Below, in pieces: positions 1 to 13,404 of a DNA stretch of 64,000 bases. Both the position numbers and the translations under genes were made by a program. Positions within the stretch are counted from its first letter, which is position 1; each line of letters opens with the position of its first letter. The DNA comes from Octopus vulgaris (Eukaryota): contig OX597827.1 of the NCBI GenBank assembly GCA_951406725.2, positions 32,116,001 through 32,180,000 on the forward strand. The letters run 5' to 3'. Below the pieces are notes generated by a model. The model had not been told where the DNA came from. It was given only the letters and a program-made list of their open reading frames with translations, and searched no databases.

Positions 1-55
1 ACGTAATATAAATATTTTGGTGCGTGACTTTTGACCCACTCTCTGTATGTGTATA

Positions 56-110
<55 letters not shown>

Positions 111-834
111 ACATACTTATGAAATATATTATCGTAGATATTTGATGCTTTGATGTTTTATGCATCATCTTTACTATATGGATTTGTGTGTGTACGTATG
201 TGTGTGCTGTTTCTCTCCTCCGACTCATCAGGTAGCTCTTTGATCGTTGTTGTAAGGAGCATTAGCTCGTCGATGCGTGTGTGTTTGTGTACGTACACAC
301 ATATACGTACGTACACATTTCTATCTATTTCTATTTTTAGAGATACAGAGATACAGAGAGAGAGAGGGGGGTGGAGAGAGAAAGAGAGAGAGAGACTTAA
401 TTAAAATTAGGATTAGAATTAAGAACTAAAGGAATACACTAGCTAAAAATGTTTGTTTGAGGATTAACTCATGATTCGCCATTATGTAAAGGCTTGTCTC
501 TGAATTTAGCCTTCATCGGTGGGACTTCACGAGATTTTCTTTATTACACGCTCAAACACACACACGCATACACGTTCTCTCTCTTTCCTTCTCTCCCCCC
601 CTCTCTCTCCAGTATATACAATCATCGCATAAGTGTATGTCTGTGTATGGATATACATATATATATATATGCATGTATGTATGTATGTATGTATGTATGT
701 ATGTATGTATGTATGTATGTATGTATGAATGCATGTATGTATATGTGTGTGTTTGTGTGTGTAAGCATACGCATATACATACATAACTATATATGTGTGT
801 ATATGTATGTATGTATGTAGGTAGGTAGGTATCA

Positions 835-905
<71 letters not shown>

Positions 906-1230
906 GTAAGAACCTCATTTCGAAAATAATTATTTTTATTGAACATATTAATTTATATATATATATACAAGTATATATATTCTGCAAGTATATAATGCCC
1001 TCTATATATAAATATATATATATATGTATATATATATATGTATACATATATGTGTGTATATATATATACATATATATATATAAATATTTATATATTCAGA
1101 CAAACATATATACATGCACATACATACACACGCATATATAAAGACACACACGTACATACACACGTACACACATACATGCATACATTACATATATACATAT
1201 ATATCAAATCGATATTGACAATATATCAAT
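56..1230. repeat. Compound microsatellite field: (TG)n, (AG)n, (TATG)n, (TATC)n, (TA)n
   Basis: Direct reading of tandem di- and tetranucleotide tracts; the ORFs here are low-complexity translations. Confidence 0.95.
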
Positions 1231-1822
1231 ACACATATATTGAGATTGATGATGGGGCTGAGGCTATTATTATGCGTAATTTCAAAGACAGCGACTATGA
1301 CGCCCGCGGCATCAAATTAATTTCCTACCGTCCTTATTCTCATTACCGACGAGGAGATCATTCTCTAAAGAGTTACGATGAATATTTCACTAATGTCGGA
1401 GAAATGTCAATCATCTATCAAAAAATGAAAGCCATTAGCTGTCTTTGGCAAGTTCCAGCCGTCAATGCATCTCTCCAGATTTCCCCATCCCGCTCCCCCC
1501 CCCCCGCTTTCTGCCTCATTCACCATTTCACCTTGATTCACGTCTATATACTCCTCCGACACTGCTTCCTTGTTTTATCTATCTCTCTCTACGCTTATAA
1601 GTCACTATAGGTGCTAGATTATTGCTGTTCTCATTCCGCTCAACTATTTCCCCGTTTCTCCTCCATTTCCTTCCGTTCCACCCCACTTCTCTCCAATCTA
1701 CATTTACGTCAGAAATGTTAGGCTCTATGTCAACCTGAGGAAGTCTTGTAGAAATCATGGCTGCACAGCTTCTTTAGTTTTTCTGACATCATAACAAATT
1801 AAGTTGTTAATTTTGGATATGT

Positions 1823-2095
1823 CTTTTATTTTTTAGTTATTTCAATAAACAGACTGCGGCCGCGCTGGAGCACTGCCTTCAAGAATTTTAGTTGAACGAG
1901 CCAACCCCAGTACTTACTTTGTTTAAAGTCTGCTGCTTATTCTATCGAAACGCTAAGTTACGGGGATGTAAACACACCAACACCGGTTGTCAAACGGTGG
2001 TGGGAATCAAACACACACACACACACACACACACGCACAAATACAAACACAAGCACAATCACACACACATACACACACACGTACACACACAGACA

Positions 2096-2132
<37 letters not shown>

Positions 2133-2299
2133 CCACATGAATATATACGACGAACTTCTTTCAGTTTCCGCCAACCAAATTCCCTTTGGTTGGCCCGTGG
2201 GCATGGTAAAAGACACTTGCCCCAGGTGCCACGCAGAGGGACTGAAGCTAAACCAAATGGTTGGAAGCAAGCCTGTTACCACACAGCTAGGCCTGCACC
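1823..2299 (-). mobile_element. tRNA-derived SINE, family A (octopus OR/OK-like), with internal (CA)n
   Basis: Reverse complement matches the copies at 7679-8084 and 12065-12430: tRNA-like head, GGGCAAGTGTCTT body and GCTCCAGC..GGCCGCAGTC tail. Confidence 0.8.
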
Positions 2300-2526
2300 T
2301 ATATATGGTAAGACCGGCCACGCAGAGGTAGTTTTATCCAAAAGATCTGCATTCCAACGGTGTCTAAACCATTTTTTCAAGATCATATTGTTAAACGTGT
2401 TCTTTTTTTCTTTTACGATTGTAGGGTATCATTTGAAGAAAAGTTGGCTGATGTTTCTAGCAGATGAAGCAACAACTTAAAGATCCATGTTTGTCACGTC
2501 TATTTTGTTTTCGGCACTGCATTATA

Positions 2527-2702
2527 GGCACAGGCATGGCAGTGTGGTAAGAAGCTTGCTTCCTAACAAGATAGTTCCCTGTTCAGTCCCTCTGCGTGGC
2601 ACCTTGGACAAGTGTCTTCTACTATAGCTTCGGGCCTTAGGCCTCAGACCAACCAAAGCCTTGTGAATAGATTTGGTTGACGGAAGCTGAAAGAACACCG
2701 TC

Positions 2703-2706
<4 letters not shown>
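2527..2706 (+). mobile_element. SINE family A, 5' half
   Basis: GGCACAGGCATGGCAGTGTGGTAAGAAGCTTGC...GTTCAGTCCC (A/B-box-like) then CCTTGGACAAGTGTCTTCTACTATAGC; ends at the internal (TA)n. Confidence 0.85.
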
Positions 2707-2746
<40 letters not shown>

Positions 2747-2810
2747 GACGTCGTATATATATATATATATATAACACCGTCGTATATATATATATATATA
2801 CGACGGTGTT

Positions 2811-2899
<89 letters not shown>

Positions 2900-3207
2900 T
2901 GGAGGCGCAATGGGCCCAGTGGTTAGGGCAGCGGACTTGCGGTCATAGGATCGCGGTTTCGATTCCCAGACTGGGCATTGTGAGTGTTTATTGAGCGAAA
3001 ACACCTAAAGCTCCACGAGGCTCAGGCAAGGGGTGGTGGCGATCCCTGCTGTACTCTTTCGCCACAACTTTCTCTCACTCTTTCTTCTGTTGGCCTGCTC
3101 ACTTAGCCAGTGGGGTGGCGTCATGTGAAGGCTAAAACAATGCAAAGTGCATTGTGACCAGCGATGTGTAACAACATCTGGTAACCTGGTCGGCCACGGC
3201 GATCACG

Positions 3208-3212
<5 letters not shown>
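2900..3212 (+). mobile_element. tRNA-derived SINE, family B, tail type 1
   Basis: TGGAGGCGCAATGGGCCCAGTGGTTAGGGCAGCGGACT...GGTTTCGATTCCC head; about 190 bp shared with 6735-7041. Confidence 0.8.
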
Positions 3213-3243
<31 letters not shown>

Positions 3244-3246
<3 letters not shown>

Positions 3247-3582
3247 AGATGTACTCGCATAGCAAGTAATTTGATCTGAGATCGTGTGCTGAAACGAAAA
3301 CAATTGCAGCGTGGAAGGTGATTATAAGCCATTTAAGAAACACACAAAAGCCGTTCGATTCACTTCAACATTTAAGTTTAATTTGTCAAAATATTTTCGT
3401 CGCTAAAATCCGCGACCTGTTCACTGACAAAGTCCGTGCTGCACGGACTTTGTCAGTGAACAGGTCGCGGATTTTAGCGACGAAAATATTTTGACAAATT
3501 AAACTTAAATGTTGAAGTGAATCGAACGGCTTTTGTGTGTTTCTTAAATGGCTTATAATCACCTTCCACGTTGCAATTGTTT
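3244..3582. mobile_element. Fold-back element in (TA)n: 142-bp inverted arms (3298-3439 / 3441-3582), probably a Penelope-like terminal repeat
   Basis: Arms are reverse complements around a 1-nt centre (T3440), with one mismatch seen (3309/3571); each arm holds an HHR fold. Confidence 0.8.
3449..3498 (+). ncRNA. Type I hammerhead ribozyme fold with G3:C8 core variant (mirror copy 3382-3431 on minus strand)
   Basis: TTTGTCA-GTGAACA-G-GTCGC-ggatttta-GCGAC-GAAA-ATAT-T-T-TGACAAA: 7-bp stem I, 5-bp stem II, palindromic loop III. Confidence 0.65.
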
Positions 3583-3699
3583 ATATATATATGTATATTG
3601 GTAAAAACGGTAACATAACAAAAGAAAGAAAGATACCTCAATATTATGTAAATAGAGGAATTTATCTGTAAATATATGTGACAATTATATTTACAAATA

Positions 3700-3943
3700 T
3701 ATATGTATGTATGTATGTGTCTTTGTGTCTGTGTTTGTCCCCCACCACCGCTTGGCAACCGGTGTTGGCGTGCTTGCGTTCCATGTAACATAGCGGATCG
3801 GTAAAAGACACCAATAGAATAAGTACTGGGCTTTAAAAAAGCCCTGGGATTTATTTATCCGACTAGAACACTTCAAAGTGGTGCCCCAGTATGGCCGCAG
3901 TCAAATGACTGAAACAAGTGACAAAATATAAAAGATAAAAGAT
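3700..3943 (+). mobile_element. SINE family A, 3' half
   Basis: TGTGTTTGTCCCCCACCACCGCTTG...GTGGTGCCCCAGTATGGCCGCAGTCAAATGACTGAAACAAG. Confidence 0.8.
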
Positions 3944-4706
3944 ATTCAATGTGTCTCACTCTTTCTCAAGACAATATGGTGTCATTTAAGGGATATTTGG
4001 CTCTTATTTCTAGGAGGTCAAACAAGTACTTTTCAAAGCTAATAAGTTCGACGGAGTCTTAGCTAGTATTACTCGTGGGATCCCGTGATCGTTGCGATTT
4101 CCGAATAGAATAGATACTGACGGAGTGAAAAAACAATAACCCAAACAAGCTGAACGAGGGTCAATTGTCGTCGTATATGACGTAAACCCATCAACAGACG
4201 CTGCTGGGTCAAACAGGTCAAATACTTATACATTTATTTACTTTTATAGTTGTTGTTCTTGTTGCTATTTAACCAATGAAGTGACAAATTGGCAGAATCG
4301 TTAGAGCGTCGGAACATTTGGTTTTCAGCCTTTGATCCGGCTCTTTACCTTCTGAGTTGAAATTCTGCCGTGGTACCAACTTTGCCTTTTTCATCATCCC
4401 TGCAGTAATGCGATCGATACAATAGACTAAATAGCCCTTTCTTCAAAATGAATGGACTTATACCTAAATCAGACCTCATTGTTTTGAGGGGTTTCAAGCT
4501 GGTAGAACCTATTGCAGAGGTTCTCAAACGTCTTGGGCCACCGCCCCCTCATAGCCACATAATGCTCTCAGTGTCTCAACCCCTATTTTTATGTATAAAT
4601 ACATATTTATATGTATTACAAAGAATAAGTGCTGGGGTAGATTTACTCGACTAAAGGCGGTGCTCCAGCATGGCCACAGTCAAATGACTGAAACAAGTAA
4701 AAGAGA

Positions 4707-4738
<32 letters not shown>

Positions 4739-5539
4739 GAAGTTAGTTCAATATATATGCAAAGTTAGTTCAGTAAACTCTATTGGACATAGGAAAATTT
4801 GTATTGGGAGTACTATTGTTTTTAAAAATAGATATAGGGGACACAAGAATTCATTTATTCACTCCAATATAAAAAATTCCATGACATTAGCATCATACAT
4901 TATTCACCTCAAAGAGTGTAACATTGAGTATAATTAAAGGTGGTCGATAATTACTGAATCACCACCATATAACACACATACTAAGTCTTGTAGGCTTCAC
5001 ATAAAGGAATCGAGTTGCATACTATACACTAGTAAGAGAAATGATAACATATTATTAGATAAAATTCCAGATATGTTAATATGTTGGGAGCATAAATATT
5101 TATCAACTTAAAAATTTTTTTAAACTTTAAAATAAAACTTTTTCTGAAAATATGATCTGGATTAGATCCAATGAACACTTATACACAAATGTTTAATGTT
5201 AAATTATTTCTTTGTTATAGCAGTATGGATGAAGAAATAATTCCAACGTCGCCAAATCATCAGAAATAATTAAAAATTTTTAGATATTTTAAAAACCATA
5301 TTCCACGGTTAAAAATGTGTCATTGGACCTGAAATTCAGAGCATAACATCACCAAAACGTCACCAACCATCTCATTAGGTTTCTACTGTTGTTTATATAG
5401 TTGTATATTCAGTTACATCTGACTTCCAATTAAGAGATTAAACCGAGAGAAGTATTTGTTTTAAAGACACTTAAATGCAGTTTGTAAAATAGACAGATAT
5501 TTAAAATATCTAGGATCAGGCGGAAAATTCATTCGAATA

Positions 5540-5702
5540 AGGCGTGGCTGCGTGGTAAGAAGCTTGCTTCCCAACCACATTGGTTCCGGGTTCAGTCCTA
5601 CTGCGTGGCAGCTTGGGTAAGTGTTTTCTACTATAGCCACAGGCCGACCAAAGCCTTCTGCGTGGTTTTAGTAAACATGAACTGAAAGAAGCCCGTCGTC
5701 TA
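5540..5702 (+). mobile_element. SINE family A, 5' half
   Basis: GGCGTGGCTGCGTGGTAAGAAGCTTGC...GGTTCAGTCC...AACTGAAAGAAGCCCGTCGT. Confidence 0.8.
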
Positions 5703-5779
5703 CCTATATATACATATGTATGTATGTATGTATGTATATATGTATATATGCATATATACATACATATATGTACATACTT

Positions 5780-5810
<31 letters not shown>

Positions 5811-6159
5811 GAATGGTAATGGCTAGCTTTCCGATTTCTGCACGACGTTTATTTTTTGTGAGTGTATAATGATATGTGGAAATTGATGAAATAAAGTCTG
5901 TTATCAGCATATTGTTGGGAATCAAACTTCTTACCACACAGTCACTCCTGCACCTTTATTTATTTTAGTTTTGGTTTTTATCTACCTAGGACTATATTAT
6001 CTAATGGAATTTCAAACTTATCTTTCTCAGCCTTGTCATAGTAAATATATATTTACCCTGCAGTGTCTTGAAATTTAAATTACCGATTTCCAGTATTTCT
6101 CTTGCAAACTTCTCAAGGGTCTGGAGTTCACAAGTCGAGAACTGTCGTACGATATATTG

Positions 6160-6575
6160 GTTTCAAATAATTTCAAATTTTGGTACAAGGTCAGCAATTT
6201 GCGAGTAGGAGGAAGCCGATTACGTCGACCTCAGTGGTCAAGTGGTACTTTATTTTATCGATTCCGAAAGAATGAAAGGTGAAGTTGACCTCGGCGGAAT
6301 TTGAAATCAGAATGAAAAGACGGACGAAACGCCGCTAAGTATTTTGCCCGAGGTGCTAATAATCCAACCAACCCGCCACCCTCCATTGTACGATATATTA
6401 TATATTAATTTAAAATCTTGGTGCAAGGTCAGTAATTTCTAGGGAGGGGATAAATCGATTATATTGATCCCCGGTGCTCAACAGACACTTTATTTTACGG
6501 ATTCCGAAAGATGAAAGACAAAGCCGACCTCGGTGGAATTTGAACTCAGAACGTAATAACTGACGAAATGCCATT
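6160..6575 (-). mobile_element. SINE family C, two tandem degenerate copies
   Basis: Repeated GGTACTT..TTTATCGA..CCGAAAG.ATGAAAG...GACCTCGG.GGAATTTGAA.TCAGAA core also seen at 17918-18320, 39262-39950 and 57945-58450. Confidence 0.75.
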
Positions 6576-6670
6576 ACTCAGAGAGTGAGGTATGCTGTAA
6601 GATTTAAGGTTTGATGACTACGACTTTTTAACATTCGTCACTTAATTCTACAAAGTCTCTGGGAAATAAC

Positions 6671-7207
6671 TTAACCCTTCTGGTTCTCACTCACCAGAGA
6701 CAGCCCCGCGTTCTATGATACATACTTCTTCCTTTCGTCGCCCTTTTAAAGCCTAGCCAGGCTCATGGACCCGGTTTCCCGGTTTCTGTGGCGTATATGT
6801 TCCCTCCAGCTGGACGGGACGCCAGTCCATGGCAGCGTTACTCAAGAAACAGGAAGAGAGTGTGAGAGAAAGCTGTGGCGAAAGTATACAACAGGGGTCG
6901 CCACCACCCCGTGCCGGAACCTAGTGGAGCTTTTAGGTGTTTTCGCTCAATAAACACACACAATACCTGGTCTGGGAATCGAAACCGCGGTCTCCCGACC
7001 GCGAGCCCACTGCCCTGACCACTGGGCCATTGCGCCTCCACTTCCTCCTTTAAACGGATCTAAATTAAAATATTTCATGAAAATTACGCGCAAATTTGTT
7101 TTAAACAACAATTTAATTATGACAAGATTATTTTACGTAATTTATTTTCAAAATAAATTGCAGAAAAGGCCGAGTATCTCAAAAGAAATATGATAACGAA
7201 ATGGTTA
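6671..7207. mobile_element. piggyBac-like non-autonomous element interrupted by a SINE B copy
   Basis: Starts TTAACCCTT and ends AAATGGTTAA (TTAA flanks, CCC/GG termini); part of the interior is repeated at about 7210-7330. Confidence 0.45.
6735..7041 (-). mobile_element. SINE family B, tail type 2
   Basis: Same head and body as 2900-3090, followed by an unrelated tail (ATGGACTGGCGTCCCGTCCAG...CACAGAAACCGGG). Confidence 0.8.
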
Positions 7208-7580
7208 AAGTGATCTGAATTTAAACCTGCCATCAAAATTTTATGTTAATTTATGTTCCAAACAACAGCTTAATAATGGCATGAACTGAAACAAAGGAAG
7301 TTATTTCAACAGAAATATGGTAACAGGAGAAACTCTAAATCATGGATCGACTTCTTTATAAGAAAAGGAAGCATTGGGTACAATATATTCCGAAAAACAA
7401 ATACAGACAGGATGGCCACTGTTGAAACTTCTTCGGTCCAATATTTAATTAGGAACCATTCAACCACATAAACACACACACACACACACACATCAATACA
7501 CACATATTCAACTGCAACGATTGTAAACCAAACAACGTAGCCACAAGCCTTCACAATAGACATATTCATATCCACAGGCA

Positions 7581-8084
<504 letters not shown>

Positions 8085-8424
8085 TATATATTCACATATA
8101 TATATATATATACATGCATTTATAGGCATATGTATATACATGCATATATAGGCATATGTACATGTATATGTGTTTATGCAGAGAATGTTTGTGAGTATAA
8201 ATAAGTGTTGTGTATGTGTGTGGAGTCACGGATACTTTAGAGACTAGATTTGTAGTTACTTAATTCCCCACCACAGGGTGACCGTGAAATTTTAAGCTAA
8301 AAATCTCACTATCAGTTTGTATCATATTCATACATGCATACACACACGTACACAATCAAACACATACATACATATGCATATATAGTGATATATATTCATC
8401 TATATTTATAAGTATATATCTCTC

Positions 8425-9485
8425 TCTCTTCCCCCGTCTGTCTTGATAGACAATGGGTCGCGCCAAGGGTGGGGGCCTACTTTGATGATGAGCAGCGTCT
8501 GCTGTGACTGAACAGTCCAATTCTAGAGTGGCAGTCCCTGGTACAGTTGCTGCACACGAACATCGATGGGTACGTGTGGGGTGTTGCTGCAGTTGTCCTC
8601 CTCCTGTCCCGCCTGTCCGACCACAGCTGTGCTCTCCTTTCCTCAGCCATGGAAACGCCTTTCCTCACTGTCCGACGCCAGGCAGAGCGGTCAGCAGCTG
8701 TTACCTCCCACGTGTCCACACAGATGTTGGCAGTCCTCAGGTCGCGCTTGCACACATCCCTGTATCGTAGCTGTGGACGTCCCTTGGGTCGGGATCCCGT
8801 GGTGAGTTCGCTGTGCAGGATGTCTTTAGGCATGCGACCGTCCTGCATGCGGCAGACGTGTCCGAGCCAGCGCAGTCGTCTCCGCACGAGGAGGGCATGC
8901 ATGCTTGGCATATTAGTCTGTTCTAGGATGACTCCGTTTGGTACTCGGTCCTTCCAGGAGATGCCAAGGATCCGTCGAAGACACCGCATGTGGAAGCCGC
9001 TGAGGCGGCATTCTTGCCGGGTGTATGTTGTCCAGCTCTCGCTGCCGTAGAGTAGGGTGCTCAGCACGCAGGCTCGGTACACTGCGATCTTGGTGGTTAT
9101 TGTGAGCATGTTGTTTTCCCACACTCTCCTGGAGAGCTTAGCCATGGCAGCAGCAGCCTTCCCAATCCGTCTGTTCAGCTCCGGCTCGAGGGACAGGCTG
9201 CTGGAGACCGTCGATCCCAAGTAAGTGAACTCGTTCACCACCTGCAAGCTGTGGTCGCCGACACTGATGCTGGGGACCCCTCCGACGTCCTGGCCCATGA
9301 TCTCTGTCTTTTTCAGGCTGATGGTAAGGCTGAACTCTTGGCAGGCATCCGCCAGGGAGCTGACCAGCCTCTGGAGACCCGGCTGGTTGTGTGATGTTAG
9401 GGCGGCATCGTCAGCAAAGAGGATCTCTCTGATCAGCACCTGACGGACTTTGGTCTTAGCTCTGAGGCGCGCAAGATTGAACATA
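8425..9485 (-). mobile_element. RTE-clade LINE, 5'-truncated: C-terminal RT plus C2H2-type finger; ORF 8477-9484 uninterrupted
   Basis: 335-aa ORF with LFADD, FTYLGS, LLYGSESW, RRLRWLGHV.RM, GRP.LRY.D and CSNC..CHSRIGLFSH motifs typical of RTE/BovB-like elements. Confidence 0.95.
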
Positions 9486-9621
9486 AGTATATATACTTAT
9501 ATATATATATATGTATATATGTATATGTATATGTGTATATGTATATATGTATATGTATATATGTATATGGATATGTATATATGTATATATGTATATGTAT
9601 ATATGTATATATGTATATGTA

Positions 9622-9667
<46 letters not shown>

Positions 9668-9746
9668 CACATATATATGTATGTATGTGTGCGTAAAGCG
9701 GTCGTACATTTCTTTGTATACACAAGGTATGCTATATACTGATGTG

Positions 9747-9784
<38 letters not shown>

Positions 9785-10294
9785 CATACAGGCTTCTTTC
9801 AGTTTCCGTCTACCAAATCCACTCACAAGGCTTTGGTCGGCACGAGGCTATGGTATAAGACACTTGCCCAAGGTGCCACGCAGTGGGACTGAACCCGGAA
9901 CCATGTGGCTGGTACGCAAAATGCTTACCACACGTATCTATATTCATATTTCTATGTCAATGTGTTTATTCGCTTTCCCTATCCGCACACATCCATGTAT
10001 ACCACAAGAATTCATATCATTATCATCATATAATGTATTCATATCAACATACTACATCACACACACACAGATAATACGGTAACCTGTGACACACCCACAA
10101 ACCTCCATATATCCTGAAACACACACATGCACATACTTAGACACATACACACACACACTCCTCCCACACGAAGCACACTCTCAAATACTTATATATACAT
10201 ATGGTATAATTTCCAGTTTGCATATTGGTATATATTTGTACACATATATACACACATATCCACACGTATATAAACTGGCAGGTAGACGCACAAC

Positions 10295-10335
<41 letters not shown>

Positions 10336-10468
10336 CTGTCTGTCTGTCTGACCCTCTCTCTCTCTCTCTCTCTCTCTCTTCCTCTACATATATATATATC
10401 ATAACATATATGTTTATATAAATGTGTGTGTGTGTGTATGTGTGTGTTTGAATATATATATCCACACA

Positions 10469-10511
<43 letters not shown>

Positions 10512-10944
10512 GATTTGTATTCATTATTTAATGCAACGCTTCGTACAACAAATTTTCTGTTTCTATGTGTGTGTGTGCGTGTGTATATATACAGAGAGCG
10601 CGAAAAAAAGACTGAAGGGAGAGACAGAGAGAGAGAAGGAAATTATGTATCGACATCAATATAATAGCATCCCAGTTTATAAATATATATATGTAAGCGC
10701 GTATATGTGTATGTCTATATAAGTCCATAAGTATGTCTGCCGTAGATACTTGTAAAAACATGCAAGAATAGAGTTGGGAGTAAACAAAATGATGGCGAAC
10801 TGAGAAGCATCGAAATAGATTTTATTAAAACTGAAACTTCGTGACTTTAGGTTTCACGGCCCCAAACTACGAACGAAATTAATTACATATGGATGCAGGC
10901 ACACACGCATACACTCACTCACTCACTCACTCACTCACATACAT

Positions 10945-10989
<45 letters not shown>

Positions 10990-11156
10990 CATACATATAG
11001 AGAGGGATATATGAATATATGAATATTCGTATATCAATATACATGCATATATGTGTGGGTGGGTGTATGCATGTATATAGATATAAATATAGGTAGAGAT
11101 AGTTAGATATACAAATAAGAGTATATCAATATCTATGTATCTATCTATCCGCCTAT

Positions 11157-11212
<56 letters not shown>

Positions 11213-11239
11213 ATATATATATATATATATCATTCTTTT

Positions 11240-11552
11240 ATCTAATTACTTGTTTCAGTCATTTGACTGTGGCCATGCTGAAGCACCGCCTTAAAGAGTT
11301 TCAGTCGAAAGAAATCGACCCTATGACTTATTCTATCGGTTTTTGGCCGAACCCCTAAGTCGTAAACATACCAACATCGCTTGCCAAGCGATGGTAGGAG
11401 AACAAACAAAGTTACACACGTTAATACACACAAACACACACACATACATGCATACATACACACACACACTCACACAAACACATATACGACGGGTTTCTTT
11501 CAGTTTTCGTCTACCAAATCCACTCTCAAGATTTTGGTCGGCCAGAGGCTAT
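11240..11552 (-). mobile_element. SINE family A, lacking the head
   Basis: TGTTTCAGTCATTTGACTGTGGCCATGCTG tail and CAGTTTTCGTCTACCAAATCCACTC body. Confidence 0.8.
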
Positions 11553-11720
11553 GAAGGCCTGATTGAAGGCCCAACTTTCCGAGTTCTTTTTATGGGGTTT
11601 AGAAAAACTGAAGGACCGCTGCAATAAGTGTGTGGATCTGAGAGGGGAATATGCTGAATAAAAACCATAAGTAACTGATCCTCTTGTGTTTTCTTTTACC
11701 CAAAACTAGGAGCTTTTCAT
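11550..11720 (+). mobile_element. mariner 3'-end fragment
   Basis: Encodes ..KLKDRCNKCVDLRGEYAE*, matching the mariner transposase C-terminus; homologous to 12444-12661. Confidence 0.65.
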
Positions 11721-11943
11721 ATATATATATATATATATATAAAATTAACGTACATTTATACACAAAAGAGGTGACCCCTAACAGGACATCTTACATGCTA
11801 GAAGGAACAATCAAAATCCAAACCAAGGTTAAGAGCAGTTTCTAAGGGGATGAAAAATAAAAACATTTTCAATAGTTACCACTTGTACCTAGGTTTTGGA
11901 CATTAATGAACAAATAAACAATCTGTTTATCTGTGTCCATTCA

Positions 11944-11985
<42 letters not shown>

Positions 11986-12013
11986 GAACAGACACACACA
12001 CACACACACACAG

Positions 12014-12064
<51 letters not shown>

Positions 12065-12066
<2 letters not shown>

Positions 12067-12430
12067 CGCAGGAGTGGCTGTGTGGTAAGTAGCTTGCTAA
12101 CCGGGTTCAGTCCCACTGCGTGGCATCTTGGGCAAGTGTCTTCTGCTATAGCCCCGGGCCGACCAATGCCTTGTGAGTGGATTTGGTAGACGGAAACTGA
12201 AAGAAGCCTGTCGTATATATGTATATATATGTATGTGTGTGTGTTTGTGTGTCTGTGTTTGTCCCCCTGGTGTGTTTACGTCCCCGTCACTTAGCGGTTC
12301 GGCAAAAAGACCCGATAGAATAAGTACTGGGCTTACAAAGAATAAGTCCCGGGGTCGATTTGCTCGACTAAAGGCGGTGCTCCAGCATGGTCGCAGTCAA
12401 ATGACTGAAACAAGTAAAAGAAAAAGAAAA
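12065..12430 (+). mobile_element. SINE family A, near full length
   Basis: GGCGCAGGAGTGGCTGTGTGGTAAG head to GGCGGTGCTCCAGCATGGTCGCAGTCAAATGACTGAAACAAGTAAAAG tail. Confidence 0.9.
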
Positions 12431-12443
12431 ATATATATATATA

Positions 12444-12661
12444 TATGAGAGCGTGTTGAAAAGTTCCTCGCTTTCAGGGTATGGCTGGAGGTTCAACCGT
12501 CTGTGTTCTTTTATCGGGCTTAAGGAAAATGAAGGACCTCTGCAATAAGTGTGTGAATCTGAGGTGTGTGTGGGGGGATATGTTGAATAAAAATTATGAT
12601 TAACTGAACCTCTTGTGTTTTCTTTTAACCAAAGCCAGGAACTTTCCTGCACCTCCCCGTG
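12444..12661 (+). mobile_element. mariner-derived MITE (internally deleted)
   Basis: Degenerate TIRs TATGAGAGCGTGTTGAAAAGTTCCTCGCTTT / AAAGCCAGGAACTTTCCTGCACCTCCCCGTG enclosing the transposase C-terminal remnant. Confidence 0.7.
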
Positions 12662-13404
12662 TAAGTATATGGATGGATATAAGAGAAAGAGACAAAGGGA
12701 GAGAGAGATATGCATTTATTCAGACAGACACACACACACGCACACAGACACACACACACACACACACATAAAGACACACACACACATATAAAGACACAAA
12801 GACAAACACATACACAAAGTCACACACGTATAAATGAACACACACGCATACACGAATATATACATCCGTATATGCATACATGCACACATAGATATATATA
12901 TACTTACATGCACACAAATATACACATACACCCATTCTTACATACATACATACACACATATATACACACATACGTACATGCATACATATATTTATATACA
13001 TTCACGCATGCATACACAAACATATACAATCATGTATACATACATATATACATGCATGTATACATACATACATACATATATACATACACACATACACAAA
13101 CATACACACTCACACGCATGCATACATACATACATACATACATCCATACGCACATACATATTTGCATATATGTATACATACATACACGAACACTGATAAA
13201 TCTATGAAATCGATATACATTTCACAGTGTTCAATATATAAGATTATGTAGCAACTGTCTGGTAAGGTCCAGTTCCATACCCCTTTCCCTAACCCCTATT
13301 CTCTCTTCCCTGTCTCCCTCCGGCCATCTTTCTCTCCCTCTCTTTCTCCCTCTCTTTCTCCCTCTCTTTCTCTCTCCCTCTTTCTCCCTCTCTGTGATCT
13401 TTAT

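Noticed and set aside
20-47. Possible Tc1/mariner right terminus (TTTTGACCCACTCTCTGTA)
   Set aside because: The partner TIR would lie outside the window, so it cannot be verified
1230-1800. Non-repetitive part of the 190-aa ORF and a CTGAGGAAG motif after a pyrimidine-rich tract
   Set aside because: No recognisable domain and no stem II closed by GAAA; may be a very old PLE end but unsupported
2527-2965. tRNA-like sequences with A and B boxes (also at SINE heads elsewhere and 37036-37180)
   Set aside because: No complete cloverleaf or acceptor stem, and they run into SINE bodies; SINE heads, not tRNA genes
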